Of a DNA stretch of 64,000 nucleotides, positions 14,057 to 25,828 are shown in pieces. Position numbers and translations under genes: made by a program. The notes beneath the pieces were generated by a model. It did not search any database. It worked only from the letters and a program-made list of their open reading frames with translations, and had not been told where the DNA came from. The first letter of the stretch is position 1. The number at the start of each line of letters is the position of its first letter. Source of the DNA: Hydrolagus affinis (Eukaryota); contig JAAILG010000102.1 of NCBI GenBank assembly GCA_012026655.1, positions 62,001-126,000 on the forward strand, written 5' to 3'.

Positions 14057-14674
14057 AAAAAAAAATTAACATTTATGTCCTATAAAGCTAGAATTCGCCT
14101 CGCAAAGAAACCAAAAGATGAACTGAGGAACACAATATATTTAAGTAAGATACAGACACAAACCAAACTCGGAGATGAATGAATACTAGGAATGGGTATA
14201 TTCATGGATGAAAGTGATACTTATTCTCCCAGCATGCTGATCATATATTGCGTGGTATATATATCAGAGCAATCTTTCACATTTACGCACCCTCTGTGCA
14301 AATCAAACCAGAATGCCCTGTGCACTGGAAACAAAACCCATAACATTCCATTAGAACCCCCTTCAAACACCAAAATTCACTTACAGACACATAAACAATT
14401 TAGTGCTGAAAGATTAGTTTTGTAATATTGAACACAATGAGTGACAGCAGAGAAAACATCAAAAATCACCCTTGTATTAGTTCATTTTTCTCCTATTATT
14501 ATACTGTACTTCCAATCTTCCCAATAATATGTAGAGGATACCAACACCTGGGCTGGCTCCAGAGACTGGGCAACTTGCATTCAGCAGGAGTGTGAGACAC
14601 CAATCTCCCATCTCCAGTTGGGAGACCAAACTCATATTAACACGGCCATTCATTCTTAATGTCTTACAGCCATG

Positions 14675-14740
14675 CAACAACAAAAACAACAAAATTACAT
14701 TTGTAGAGCGCCTTTCACGTCGGGAGAATATCCCAAGGTG
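14675..14740 (-). mobile_element. short 5'-truncated L2-type 3' tail
   Basis: (CAA)n followed by AAAATTACATTTGTAGAGCGCCTTTCACGTCGGGAGAATATCCCAAGG. Confidence 0.85.
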
Positions 14741-16398
14741 GTTGCCACTTCTACCAATCCAGCAATCACAGCAGTAGTTGGGAGTCTAAAAAGTACAAGC
14801 TGTATAGATTTAGCAGAATGTTTTCAGTTCTGCTACTGAGGCGATGTGGGCTCTGTTTCCTTTCTCCTTTGCCTTACTTTCTCTGGAAGGATTTGATTAA
14901 TCACACTGCTAGCAGTAACAGTGAAATTTTGTGAAGCATAATATTTTTCCCCCAAAAGGAATTGCATTTTCTTTTTCCAAAAGGTGGACGTTTTGATGGG
15001 AACCTATGAAAAACAAGCTTATTTTTCTCTACTCTGTTTCCGACAACTGTCCTTCCCATGCAGTTGAAGCCTTTGTGGCGGATGCTGTACATTGTCAAGT
15101 TTGTCTGGCGTCTCTGAGAGTGAATGTCAAATCCATTCTAATCCTAGTACGCATTTGGTGTTTGCAATGTAAACTTGTTATATTTTATTTAATTAAACTT
15201 GCACCTGTTTACATTAGATTTTAACAATTCAGACTAACAGTTCCATGTGTTTACATCATTCCATTTTATAACAGTTAGGCTTTTCAAACATTTGCCTTTT
15301 CCTACGTTGTTAAACTCTCCACTTATAAACCATCCATCCATCTGAGCATTATAGAGTCTAGAAAGCTTTCCTAATTACTTTGGAACCACATTAAATTTTT
15401 CATCCCTCCTCTCCTGAACTTGCATTGGGTTGTTGCATGAGAACTAGTCCTGTTCCAGGAACTTGCCCAAGTGGCCATTCTTCAAGTACAAGCCCAAGAC
15501 ATTGAGCACGCTATGCAACTGTGCAGCATATCACAACTGTGGCCGATCGTGTCCTTCTCTTTGATAAACACTGTTGCATATTGCTTTAACGACCTGAGTG
15601 GCAATTGAATATGGAGGATGCAAGTATCAAAGGATTCTGGGAAGAGTGACTTGCAGATTTTGAAAGTGGTTGATTTGTAGAGTTCGAATAAAAGACTGAG
15701 TGAATATACATTGTGTTTTGGATTAAATAACATTACAGTTACCATTTTAGCAAATAGAAGTGGGAATTATAGCTCATTTCTACACTCCCTAGTCCAGGGA
15801 TACCTTTAACCTACAACGAGCCCTGTTTGTAAGACCACCTGGACATTAATATGGAACTTGTATGAAAATCATGCTGATGTAAAGATGCAAATGCCCCATC
15901 AAACTGAAACTGACAGTTAAATGTACTCTCCCAGCCTGCGTTTCACAGTCTTCTTCTTCTCATATTTATGCAGCGTGAAACCAGTGCTGCTATCCTGACG
16001 GCCTTTGTGCTGCTGTTTTTGTGAATGGAGAGGCAGAATTTGCATTGGGTTTGTATGACATGAAGTGAACTGCATGGCTTGGCTGGCTCTGCGCTCACAT
16101 GCTAGCTAATCTGCAGAAACAGATGCCCCGCTGTGAACAAACTGGAAATGGCGCAGAGCTGATGCTATCAGTGGGGGACCAGGGCTCAAACAAAACTGGC
16201 CAGAGTTCAGCTACTAGACAGGCAGCTTGGGCTTTGAGGCAGTTTGAGGAAAGCAGTCAAATTTACATATCGCTTCTCTTCCAGCAAGTCAAAGGTAGGC
16301 AACCTGTATTTTAACAACTGCCACCAAGGGAATGAAGTGAAATAAAAGTCAAGAAGATATATGAGGGAAAAAAAAACAGAAACCTCGGTAGTACATAC

Positions 16399-16443
16399 CT
16401 CTCAAACGCAGCTCACGGTCTCAAATATGTCCAAAGGAATGTT
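16399..16443 (-). other. candidate 45-nt non-coding exon
   Basis: Minus strand: TTCTTTTGTTTCGGTTCCAG|AACATT...TGAGAG|GTATGT; stops in all three frames. Confidence 0.3.
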
Positions 16444-16804
16444 CTGGAACCGAAACAAAAGAATGCTCCATTTTACAATTTTATAAAGGATTTATCTGGA
16501 CATAAAAGCGGTAAATGGTTCTCTTTAATCTGAAAGTAACTTTACTAAATCTGTTTGCTGATCCCAAAACGTTTCTTGCATACCATATACAGGAGAAGAC
16601 TGTGTCACTTAAGCACCTCAATACAAAACAATAGGCAATCCAGAGGTCAAGCACATGCCTCTGGTCAAGTCACACCTGGTGCATTGCTGGTGAGTGGGGG
16701 GGGGGGGGATGCCAGGCCTTTAATACTTTTAGATCTGCCAAACAAGAGATCACAGTTTCACAGGTTCCAAAGAGACTCATTAGGACAGAAACCAGAGAGT
16801 ATTT

Positions 16805-16874
16805 CACAACAGAAACAACAACAACAAATTGCACTTATATAGTGTGTTTCGTGTTAGGAGGACATCCCGAGGTG
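16805..16874 (-). mobile_element. short L2-type 3' tail
   Basis: (CAA)n AATTGCACTTATATAGTGTGTTTCGTGTTAGGAGGACATCCCGAGG. Confidence 0.8.
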
Positions 16875-16977
16875 ATGGATAACCCAGAGAGTAATCAACA
16901 ACTGGGGCTGGATTGGTTACCAGGAAAAATTGCTAAGGCCATGGCTTAATTCATTTAAGAAACACCTTAGTAGTGTA

Positions 16978-17004
16978 ATGGGAAGATGGGAAGATGGGAA
17001 GATG
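16978..17004. repeat. (ATGGGAAG)x3 tandem repeat
   Basis: Direct reading. Confidence 0.85.
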
Positions 17005-18111
17005 AGGCTCCCATTGAAATGCTCCCGTGGGTTTGCAACAGTAACTCGGTGTTCCTGGAGACATTATGACAACCCCACTGCCTCTGTATACCCAGAAAGA
17101 AATAATATTAGTACAGCATACTTTTGTTTTACTTTTGCTTCCGCAAACGAGTGAAACACTTCAACAAAACTTTAGTTCCACACTTGTTTGTTTTCTAATT
17201 TTGGATGTATGACACTTATGCATTGGAGGGACTGTTTGTTGTGAACATTTTCCCATGGGAAATGGAATCAAGACAAGTCAGACTTCACTCAAAACTGAAA
17301 TAGCCTTCAGAGAGAGAAGGCTTTTTATTCATCAAACGCAAGTCTCTTTATCCCCAGTGAACCCAGGTCCCAGCAGTAAATGGCCATTGCACTCTCTCAT
17401 TCTCTGGTCAGATTATTCGAAGAAAATAAATTAAATGCAATCACTTTTAACAAAACTAATTCATTATGTATTTCAATTATAGCGCAGTGTACTTACATTT
17501 CCAGCAGTGCAGAACATTTCATGATTGCCAATTGATATGTGTGTACATATGCGTCAAGTAGGGTTCCTTAGTTAATTGATGCAAATCTTTCATGTGTATA
17601 GATAGAGAGTCTTTTTGAGTTTTGAATACAAATAATGTGTCATACATAAATGTTTTTTGTTCTTTATGTACAAGCGGATGTGAGTACTGTTTAAAGAATA
17701 TTTGGCACCTGGATTGCACAAAATGAAATGAAGAAAAGCAGTTTAGGATAAAGTGTGAGATTATCCCTTCAATTGGCCTATTATACTCAGTCCTGTAGTA
17801 CCATATCCACAGATAAAGTACCAATCCCCTAGACAGAATCAGTTATTACTGTTCAATCAGGATTTCTGCTATTGCCTGAGTCAATTTCTTTGGTTTCTGC
17901 TTTTTATTTTGCAGCTTTTGAGCATCATTTCCACTGCTTGAAGTGAACCACCGAACTCTGAACTGAAATCCAATATGCTGAACAGTGATCATTTCATATC
18001 CTGTTACAAGTGCATGAGGGTATCTTCAATATTCCCCCAACTACAGTTAATCGGATTTGAATGCAGAGTTCAAACAATAACACTGCTTTCAAATACCATG
18101 ACTGACTCTAA

Positions 18112-18222
18112 TTTCTTCACCTACAAAATACACAGTCACTACACTTTATAGTAAACCCTGTGAAACACTTTGAGATGTCCTCCTGTTATGAGAAGCACTA
18201 CATTAAATGTAGTTATTATATT
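18112..18222 (+). mobile_element. DeuSINE 3' fragment
   Basis: CACAGTCACTACACTTT...TGTGAAACACTTTGAGATGTCC...AAATGTAGTTATTAT. Confidence 0.7.
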
Positions 18223-18484
18223 ATTGTATTCTAACACAACAGCAAAAGGCACTAACTTGTTAACAATACACTAATATATTCCGAATTCAAATTTCACTAT
18301 TCTAATTATAACCATTATGCTTGGTGTAGTGTTTCTCATGTCGGGGGGACATGACAAAGCACTTCACATGATGTACAGTGATTTATCCTGTTTCAATGGC
18401 AAACAAATAGGCAAGAAAGGGTCAGGGTACAAGGCGAAACTTCTCATTTCAGTTGTGCCATGGAATCTTTAATGTCCACCTGAA

Positions 18485-18557
18485 TGTCCACCTTTAAGTG
18501 CTCTGAGATGCCGTATGGCATGGAGGGCGCTATATAAATCGAAGTTGTTGTTGTTGT
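18485..18557 (+). mobile_element. L2-type 3' tail (second family, GGAGGGCGC type) nested in the SINE
   Basis: GCTCTGAGATGCCGTATGGCATGGAGGGCGCTATATAAATCGAAG(TTG)n, flanked by TGAA on both sides; related copy at 28371. Confidence 0.8.
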
Positions 18558-18560
18558 TGA

Positions 18561-18584
18561 ACAGACAGACAGACAGACAGACAG
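18561..18584. repeat. (ACAG)6 microsatellite expanded within the SINE
   Basis: Direct reading. Confidence 0.9.
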
Positions 18585-20340
18585 GGCTCAGTTTAACATC
18601 TCATCTGAAGAACGGCACCTCTGACAAGGCGACATACCCCAGCACTTCATTGGAGTGTCAGTTTAGAGAATGGGAGTTCAAGTCCTGATGCAGGGCTCAA
18701 ACCCACAGCTTTCAGACTCAGAGGCAAGAGTGTGAGCCAGGCTGACAAACATTGAGGTCACGTATACACCAATCATAAAAATTAACAGTCTTTTCATTAC
18801 ATCTTCATAATGAGACCTATAACTAATGACAACTTCCATTGTGTTAATAATGTCATCAGTCACGTTCCACCTGTAACTTTCTCAGTTAGTGTGGAAGAAA
18901 CTTAACAGAGATTCTTCAATTTTAATTTGCATAAATCATTCTTGCAGGGATTATCAGACAAAATTTAAATATAACATTATTTCTCATACAATAATAAATC
19001 TCATAAAAAAAATGCCGTAAAAGAAATTCTAGGCATAATTTCACTATTTGCCCACATGGTATTGCTAAAGAAATGTTACACTGAGCTGTGGAGGCAAAAA
19101 GGTCTCCAACTGTAATAATGGACCCATCATATAAAATTGTAAGTCTGAATAAGTTAAAGAAAGTCACAGAGAGAATGTGTGACATCCTGTACATTGTATG
19201 ACCTGCAGCCATGCTTTTGATGCAATACTAATACTAAACTCTTACTAGAATTGAAGCTGCATTAATCCCTGTCAATGTGTTTTATTGGCATTGTATTTAA
19301 TTCCAGCTAGAGTGCAAATTAACTGGTATCACCAAAACAGCTGATTGTTGGAATTAGGAAAATGCAGAGTCCCTACCTAACCCTCAGTATCCAGGGAGAG
19401 CTTTTATCTTCAATGAAATACAGTATCATCTCTTTTCACTTGACACAAATGTTTCCATTAGCAAAACTCAGTTGGGTCTAACCATAAAACGTGCATTAAA
19501 ATATTAACTCTTTCTCCTTGGACTTGATTTAGATAGGACATTGAAGTTAGCTTGGATATCCCTCAGTGCTTGCACAAGATTTTTAACTTAATGCAAAAAA
19601 GACCTTACATGGTATCAAAACTGTGTTAAGCTTCAAAGAGAAATAGAAAAGCTGCAAAGATTCAACTTGGCATGGCCATAGGATTCTAGCTGGAATAATC
19701 TTACTTCCTAGGGTGTTTTATACTGGAATGAGGAGTTGGATATGTTTGTTCTCCAGTGAAACATAGTTGTCCCGTTTCAATGCCAAATTTAATTTGGATT
19801 AATTGTACATGTATGTGTTTGCAGAACACTGCAAAATACCAAGGTGATGAATGAGGTTGATATATATTATAATTACAAATCGCATGTATTATCACACCTT
19901 TCACTTAAAAATAACTATCTTGAAGAATTTGTAAAATATAAATGATTAGAAATGAAATGGATGTTGTTACACAGGCAAAGTAGCTATTTGCATCACTAAC
20001 ATTCCATGAACATATACTATATATTATAATATATATGAAGATAAATTGTTAAACACCTACATATAATTAAAAAAATTAGGTTACTAAAAAAGCATATAAG
20101 ATTCAGATAAAAGTTAGTGCAAACATGCATTGAGATATTTCATTTTGTAATCCATGACAATCTTGCCACCCCATTTTTATTCTGTAAATTCTGATATCTT
20201 TATTTACAATTTGCCTTCTTTGCACAAAACTGTTGTGTGCTTGCTGGGTTGGTCCTGGTGCTATGATGGTCATTAGAAGTATTGCTGGAGCTCAGTATTT
20301 GATTATTTAGATCACAACAATGCTCACATTGGAGTAGGTA

Positions 20341-20505
20341 AACAACAACAACAACAATAACAAAATTGCACTTATATAGCGCCTTTCACGTCGGGAGGAC
20401 ATCCCAAAGCGCTGAACAGTCAGGTCGGGAGAGTAAAGATAAAGGTAGACTAGAGAGAGCAACAGGAGGATAGAGGACTAGGAAAGAAAGAGTAGGAAGG
20501 GAGGA
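20341..20505 (-). mobile_element. L2 LINE 3' end, well preserved
   Basis: (CAA)n AAATTGCACTTATATAGCGCCTTTCACGTCGGGAGGACATCCCAAAGCGCTGAACAG, followed by a purine-rich (antisense pyrimidine-rich) 3' UTR. Confidence 0.85.
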
Positions 20506-21676
20506 GCAGACTGCATCAAAGAAGTTTCTGATAAAGTAGTTTTCAGTGATGAATGAACTCTACTATACACATTAGGACTGACACAATTGTAGCTACAGAC
20601 AGAGACAGAGACTGACTAATAACAGACTGAAAAATTTAACTTTTAAAAATACGTGTAACAAAAAATGACAAGAACGACATATGATAAAATTACCATACAT
20701 TTCTTATAGGGTCTTACAGAGCAGCTAGCTGGAGTGGGAACTTTCTGCAACCATTCACATGTTGAAATGAAAAAAAAGTAAATAAAGTGATGGCTCTAAG
20801 TTTGTCATTTTAGACTGTGGCTGATTTGATTTTTCTTAATCAGCATCCTGTCATTTATTTTGCCAAATTTACATTATTTTCTTTTTAAAATATATAAAGA
20901 TCTACACGTAGATTGTTTTGCCTATTCATGTATAGAACAAACAACATAAAAATATTACACTTTTGGACACAGCAAACTTTTGGGATTTGACCAAGCATCT
21001 AATTCGCATACAAAGAATAGAAAGGTTCACTTAAATGAAATAGAAAGAATTTCAGTGCCAATTAAATACGCTTCGATGTACACATGGAAGGATGGATTAG
21101 AAATTGGATAAAGGAATTAGTCCGTCCTGTGTGAAACTGGGTTTATTTAATCAATGTTGCGTCAAGAAAACTGGATTAGTTTTTCTTTAAGACAGAGCTA
21201 AAACTTCCCAAACTAATTCAATTTAATAAGTATTCAGTCAATGAATGCAGCAAAAAGGCTAAATTGTAATGAAGACTAAGAAAGAAAGCAAGACTTAATT
21301 ATATTCCTTTGGAGCCTAATGAATAAATTAGCCATGCTGTAGGCTTTTAGTTTGCAGAGAATTTATTACTGTTCCTGTAAGCATCATGAGACAATATTGC
21401 TGGCCTTCAGCGCTGACGATGATGCAGTCTAATTGTGCTAATCCTCCACTTCATCGCTACCTTTCACTTAAAGGAGTTGAGTTTAACAATAACAGATACA
21501 TCTTATTATCAAATTATTTATTTTATTGATCGGTCGAAAGAGAAAAATGGCTGAAGAAAACTTATCTTACTTGATCCTAAGTGATCTTACAATACATTTA
21601 TTGTTCTTATATACCAATAAGAGCACCTGACAGCTGAGACCAGTCAAACAATATTCAGATTCCCCGGCTATCTTAC

Positions 21677-21695
21677 CTGATCTTTAGACTCCAGT
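21677..21695 (-). other. candidate 19-nt microexon (or 3' end of a longer exon)
   Basis: Minus strand: long pyrimidine tract ...TTTCTATCTCCTGTCCTTGTCTCCAG|ACTGGAGTCTAAAGATCAG|GTAAGA. Confidence 0.45.
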
Positions 21696-22536
21696 CTGGA
21701 GACAAGGACAGGAGATAGAAAGCCAATGAAACAGGAGCAAAATTGATCAGGTTCACCTCTGTGGTTGGCTTGAACATTTACTGCTGGGCATCTGCGGTGT
21801 ACACTCAAAGTCCTTAGTGAATACACACTAGACTGAAAGCTACAGAAAGTGGACTGAAACAGATAAACCTGTCTCTGTCTACAATCCCAGAGGTCCCTCA
21901 CATTTTTTTTTAAAGGGAGATCATTGGTTATGCAGAAGGCCTTATTGCTGGGTTTGTCAAAACTGATCAGTCTGTCCAGCAGAGTGGACACAAAAGCAGA
22001 ATCACTCTGACTATCGGTCAGATGTATATGAGCCGTCAAGGGGAGAGCTTCAGAAACAGACCAACCATTCAGCTCTTGCTTTGGTTGTTCTGCTTGCACG
22101 AAGGGGTCGTCACTTGTCCGTTTCAAAATAAGAGTTTGTTTCAAGCCCCTCCTCTAAACACACATTCAGGGCTATCATAAACTTTTGCCATGAAATCTCA
22201 GCAGCCTCTGCACTTTGGCTCAACTCCACAACTTTGCATTGTTAGCAAGTCAAATCTTTATTTCATTATTTACTCCCAGTAAAATTCTTCAGGAAGAACA
22301 AAATACTCTAGAATTATAGAATGAAATGCGTTATAGAAAATTGTTTTAACAGTAAGAAGTTTGATTATATTCACACATATTTTCACAGGGCTTGACTTCC
22401 TCTAACTTTATGACACTCACAACTCTGTTTCGACTTTGCGGAGAGTTAATACTGAGTATTTGCACACAGCTCAATTATATGAAAATCTTTATAAGGAGAG
22501 TCTTGTCAATTACAGTAGTACAGCAGAGCATATTCC

Positions 22537-22916
22537 GGGAGTCTTGCAGCCCAGTGGTTAGAGCACTCGCCTCGCAAGCAAGAGACTCGGATTTTATTAC
22601 CAGCAGGGCAAAATGCTGGGCAAGTTTCATAGTCCACACACCTCTGTTTACCTAGCAGTAAGTTGAACCTGGTTCTTCGTCGGATAGAGGATCACTTTTC
22701 CAGGGATAATAATCCCCCCCAAAAAAACAATAACAATTTGGTCACTCAATCCACTACTGTTTGTGGGACATTGATGTATACACAAATGGCTGCTGCGTTT
22801 CGCCCACAAATATCCAATCTATATACACTTATATACACTTTACAGTATATGTGAAGCACTTTGAGACGTCTACAAGTCATAAAAATCGCTATTTAAAATG
22901 CAAGGACTATTATTAT
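22537..22916 (+). mobile_element. full-length tRNA(Ala-like)-headed SINE with CORE-like segment, Deu-like 3' segment and L2-like tail
   Basis: Head GGGAGTCTTGCAGCCCAGTGGTTAGAGCACTCGCCTCGCAAG; GGGCAAGTTTC...CCTCTGTTTACCTAGCAGTAAG...GGGATAATAATC; tail AAGCACTTTGAGACGTC...ATGCAAGGACTATTATT. Confidence 0.85.
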
Positions 22917-23217
22917 ATTGCCATTTCACCTCTGAGTCCAAGCTTTGGATGTAGGACTGAGATAAGAGTTACTTCTCTAACAATAAATACACAATACAGT
23001 ATGTGTGAATTTGAAGAGATTCAACCAAAAGTCAATTAGATGTAAACCCACAGCATAAAATTGACCATGGTTCAGCATAAACTGACAGTGTCGTTCAGAG
23101 ATGCCAGAAACATTACAAGTGAAACATGAAGTGGAAATGTTCATATTGGTAATGAAGGAGGTTATCTTCAGAGATTAGAGTTTAAGACACATTCTTGTGT
23201 AAAGCCTGGCAAGGTCC

Positions 23218-23620
23218 CAGCACTCTAGCCTCTGAGTCAGAAGGTTGTGGGATCAAGCCCTATGACAGGACTTGGAATCACATGGTCTAAACTGACACTC
23301 CAATGCAGTGCTCTGGGTGCCATCCTTCAGAATAGATACTAAATGAAGGTCCCACTCTGCCTGTTCAGGTGAATGTTAAAGATCTCACAACACTATTCGA
23401 AAAGAGAACAAAGCTTCTCCCGGTGTCCTGGCCAACAGTCGGTCAAATAAAATTGATCTCTCATTGCACGGCTGTTTGTGTGACATTGACTGTCAATGTA
23501 TAAAACCGGCTGCTGTTTTTCACCCGCAAAATACAATCAATCTACTTTCCAGTATATCTTGAGATGGCTCAATGATATGATAAGGTGCTATATCAAATGC
23601 AAGTACAGTATTAGTATTAT
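23218..23620 (+). mobile_element. near full-length DeuSINE-like copy
   Basis: CACTCTAGCCTCTGAGTCAGAAGGTTGTGGGATCAAGCCC head, CTGACACTCCAATGCAGTGCT, CCCGGTGTCCTGGCCAAC, tail GGTGCTATATCAAATGCAAG. Confidence 0.85.
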
Positions 23621-23972
23621 TAATTGTTATCACTGGAGCAATGTGGAAAGAAAGCATATGCTGTATCTCATGGTACTTTTGTATATTGTGACTGTTGAGG
23701 CTCAAGATACCATGCCAAGCCCAAGACACTATTGTTTTTGCACAGACTCTGCCAGCCTCGAGGGCACTTGGGGCATAATGGGATTTTGTGATAGTTTGAC
23801 CTCATGTTTACTGGTGAAATACATTTTCTTCACAACTTCTTCATAAATAATGGCAACGGAGGCTGGGAGGTGCTCCTCAGCAATCATCTTCTCAGTTTCT
23901 TAGGCAAAGCAGAACGCAAAATAAATTCCTTGTGACGCTTAATGTACTTGCAAACATCTGACATCAACTCAC

Positions 23973-24047
23973 CAGGAACCACAATGTCAGTTGTTCATGC
24001 ATCAGTGCGAAGTCATGAGGGACAGTCAGTTTGGTGATGGCACTCTC
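23973..24047 (-). other. candidate 75-nt exon (phase-0 open: ESAITKLTVPHDFALMHEQLTLWFL)
   Basis: Minus strand: TTTCCCACTGCCTCCGCACTTCTTCAG|GAGAGT...TTCCTG|GTGAGT; peptide not recognised. Confidence 0.35.
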
Positions 24048-25151
24048 CTGAAGAAGTGCGGAGGCAGTGGGAAATCTGACTCTTTGACCTGGGCCCTCAC
24101 ACATTTGGCACCAGGAAAACCAGCCATTTCTCATTACGGCCTGCCTCTAGAGGTGAGCGTATCTATGGAAGGAAATGCGATGTAAAAACACCTTAATGGC
24201 AACGCCTGCTAAAAAAATTAGAAATTGCTTTGATCCCCCATGCCGGCGTTCTTGAAGAGCACAACCTTTTTTTTTAAGAAAAGCAAAAACTTGCTACGTG
24301 CGTTAAAACGAAAAATAATCAAAGGCACTTTGAAAACATAATGAAATTATGAAACTAACTTTGTCTTTAGTAGCCTTTTGTTAAATCCTTCTAATTTCAA
24401 TCATTTCACTCGCTCTCAGATTGCCCCAAATACGGAATCTGTTGACATAGTAACACAATGGTTCATTATACACTTTTACGGCACACCAGCTGGAGAGTAG
24501 GGCAAGCCCTTAAGCTACGGGAGGGAGGGAGTGTATCTTCAGAAAATCCTGATTTTGAGAATCAGTTTATTATAAATGTTATGAATATGACTCAGCACTA
24601 CCGACTTGAGGCATTCACAAAAAAAAATCAGAAATGATTTTGCATCCGGCTGAGCGAAAAAAAACTGCGCTCAAAAGCTATCACCAGCCTGCAAAACTCC
24701 AAAGTCAAATCAAGTCTGGAATCATCTTCCCTTTCTGTAATTTAAACCTACTGTTTGTTTCAAGGGTTTGAAACAAAGCCAAGGACCTTTGCCACCTGCA
24801 GAGAAAAGCTGCTTGAAATGAATTGCAATAAGTCACATCCTGTTTTGTACAACTGTGCAGGAACATCTTTAATCAGGCTGTCGATCTCGTCTAACATATT
24901 CAATGAGAAGACCAAGTATTAGCTTCATTTTCTGAGCTCTAGCATTTCCAACAAGATCAATATGTCATAAAGTAAACATATTCTTTATCATGGTGTACTG
25001 TACTTTATCACATAATATAACTTTCATAACCAAATGTGCCATAAATAATTCAGTTTTTGAAATGTAATTTCATAATCAATTTTGTTTTGCATTATTTTAT
25101 GGAAGACAACTTATAAATATGTTATGGAAGTAGCTTTTTGAAATGCAAACA

Positions 25152-25507
25152 GTCTCACCTCTGATTCAGAAGGTTTTTGGATTCAAATTTTCCACATTGG
25201 GACTTTGAACTCAAAGTTTCATCTGACATTCCAATGCAGTGTCAGAAGGAGCGCTGCATTGTCAGTGATGCAGTCTTTTGGATGAAATATCCGAGGTCAG
25301 GTTTGTCTGTTTAGATGGATGATGAAGATCCCACGGCACTATTTGAGAAGTGGAGGGAGTTTCTCCTGAAGTTCTCACCCTACGTTATCAAACACAGATT
25401 TGTACTGAGCTAAACCTATGGCTCGCACACAACGGTTTCTGCAGAAGCAGTTTATTCAAAATTTTCACGAATTCTAACTTGGACATTTTGATGTTGTGAT
25501 AAGGCAC
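25152..25507 (+). mobile_element. DeuSINE-like copy, degraded
   Basis: CTCACCTCTGATTCAGAAGG, CTGACATTCCAATGCAGTG, GCGCTGCATTGTCAGTGATGC, GATCCCACGGCACTATTTGA. Confidence 0.75.
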
Positions 25508-25525
25508 AAGATCAAAAACAAGAGT

Positions 25526-25828
25526 GGAATCCTGTAGGCCAGTGATTAGAGCAGTTGAGTTATAAGCGAGAGACCTGGGTTCGATTCCAGGCAGGGCAAA
25601 ACCTTGGGCAAGCTTCCTTACTCCACATTCCTAATAATAATCCCTCAAAAAAAATAAAAATTTAGTAATTTTCAATCTGTGACTGGTGGGACACTGGTGT
25701 GTGGAATTGGCTGCCGGGTTTCACCCACAAATATATACAGTCAATTCACTTTAAGGTATATTCTGTGAAGCGCTTTGAGACGTCTAGAAGACATGAAACG
25801 CATTATATCAAATGCAAGGATTATTATT
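25526..25828 (+). mobile_element. tRNA-headed SINE (same family as 22537), short subfamily
   Basis: B-box GGTTCGATTCC, CAGGGCAAAACCTTGGGCAAG, tail GAAGCGCTTTGAGACGTCTAGAAGACATG...ATGCAAGGATTATTATT. Confidence 0.85.

Larger units (their letters stand above)
18305..18747 (-). mobile_element. near full-length DeuSINE-like copy interrupted by a nested insertion
   Basis: Antisense head (AAACCCACAGCTTTCAGACTCAGAGGCAAGAGTG...GCTGACA), Deu-like body (CAGTTTAACATCTCATCTGAAGAACGGCACCTCTGACA) and tail near 18310-18370. Confidence 0.8.

Noticed and set aside
21668-22144. 158-aa ORF as a stand-alone gene
   Set aside because: TTG start, no ATG in frame, no recognisable domain; only its 3' splice donor is notable (reported separately).
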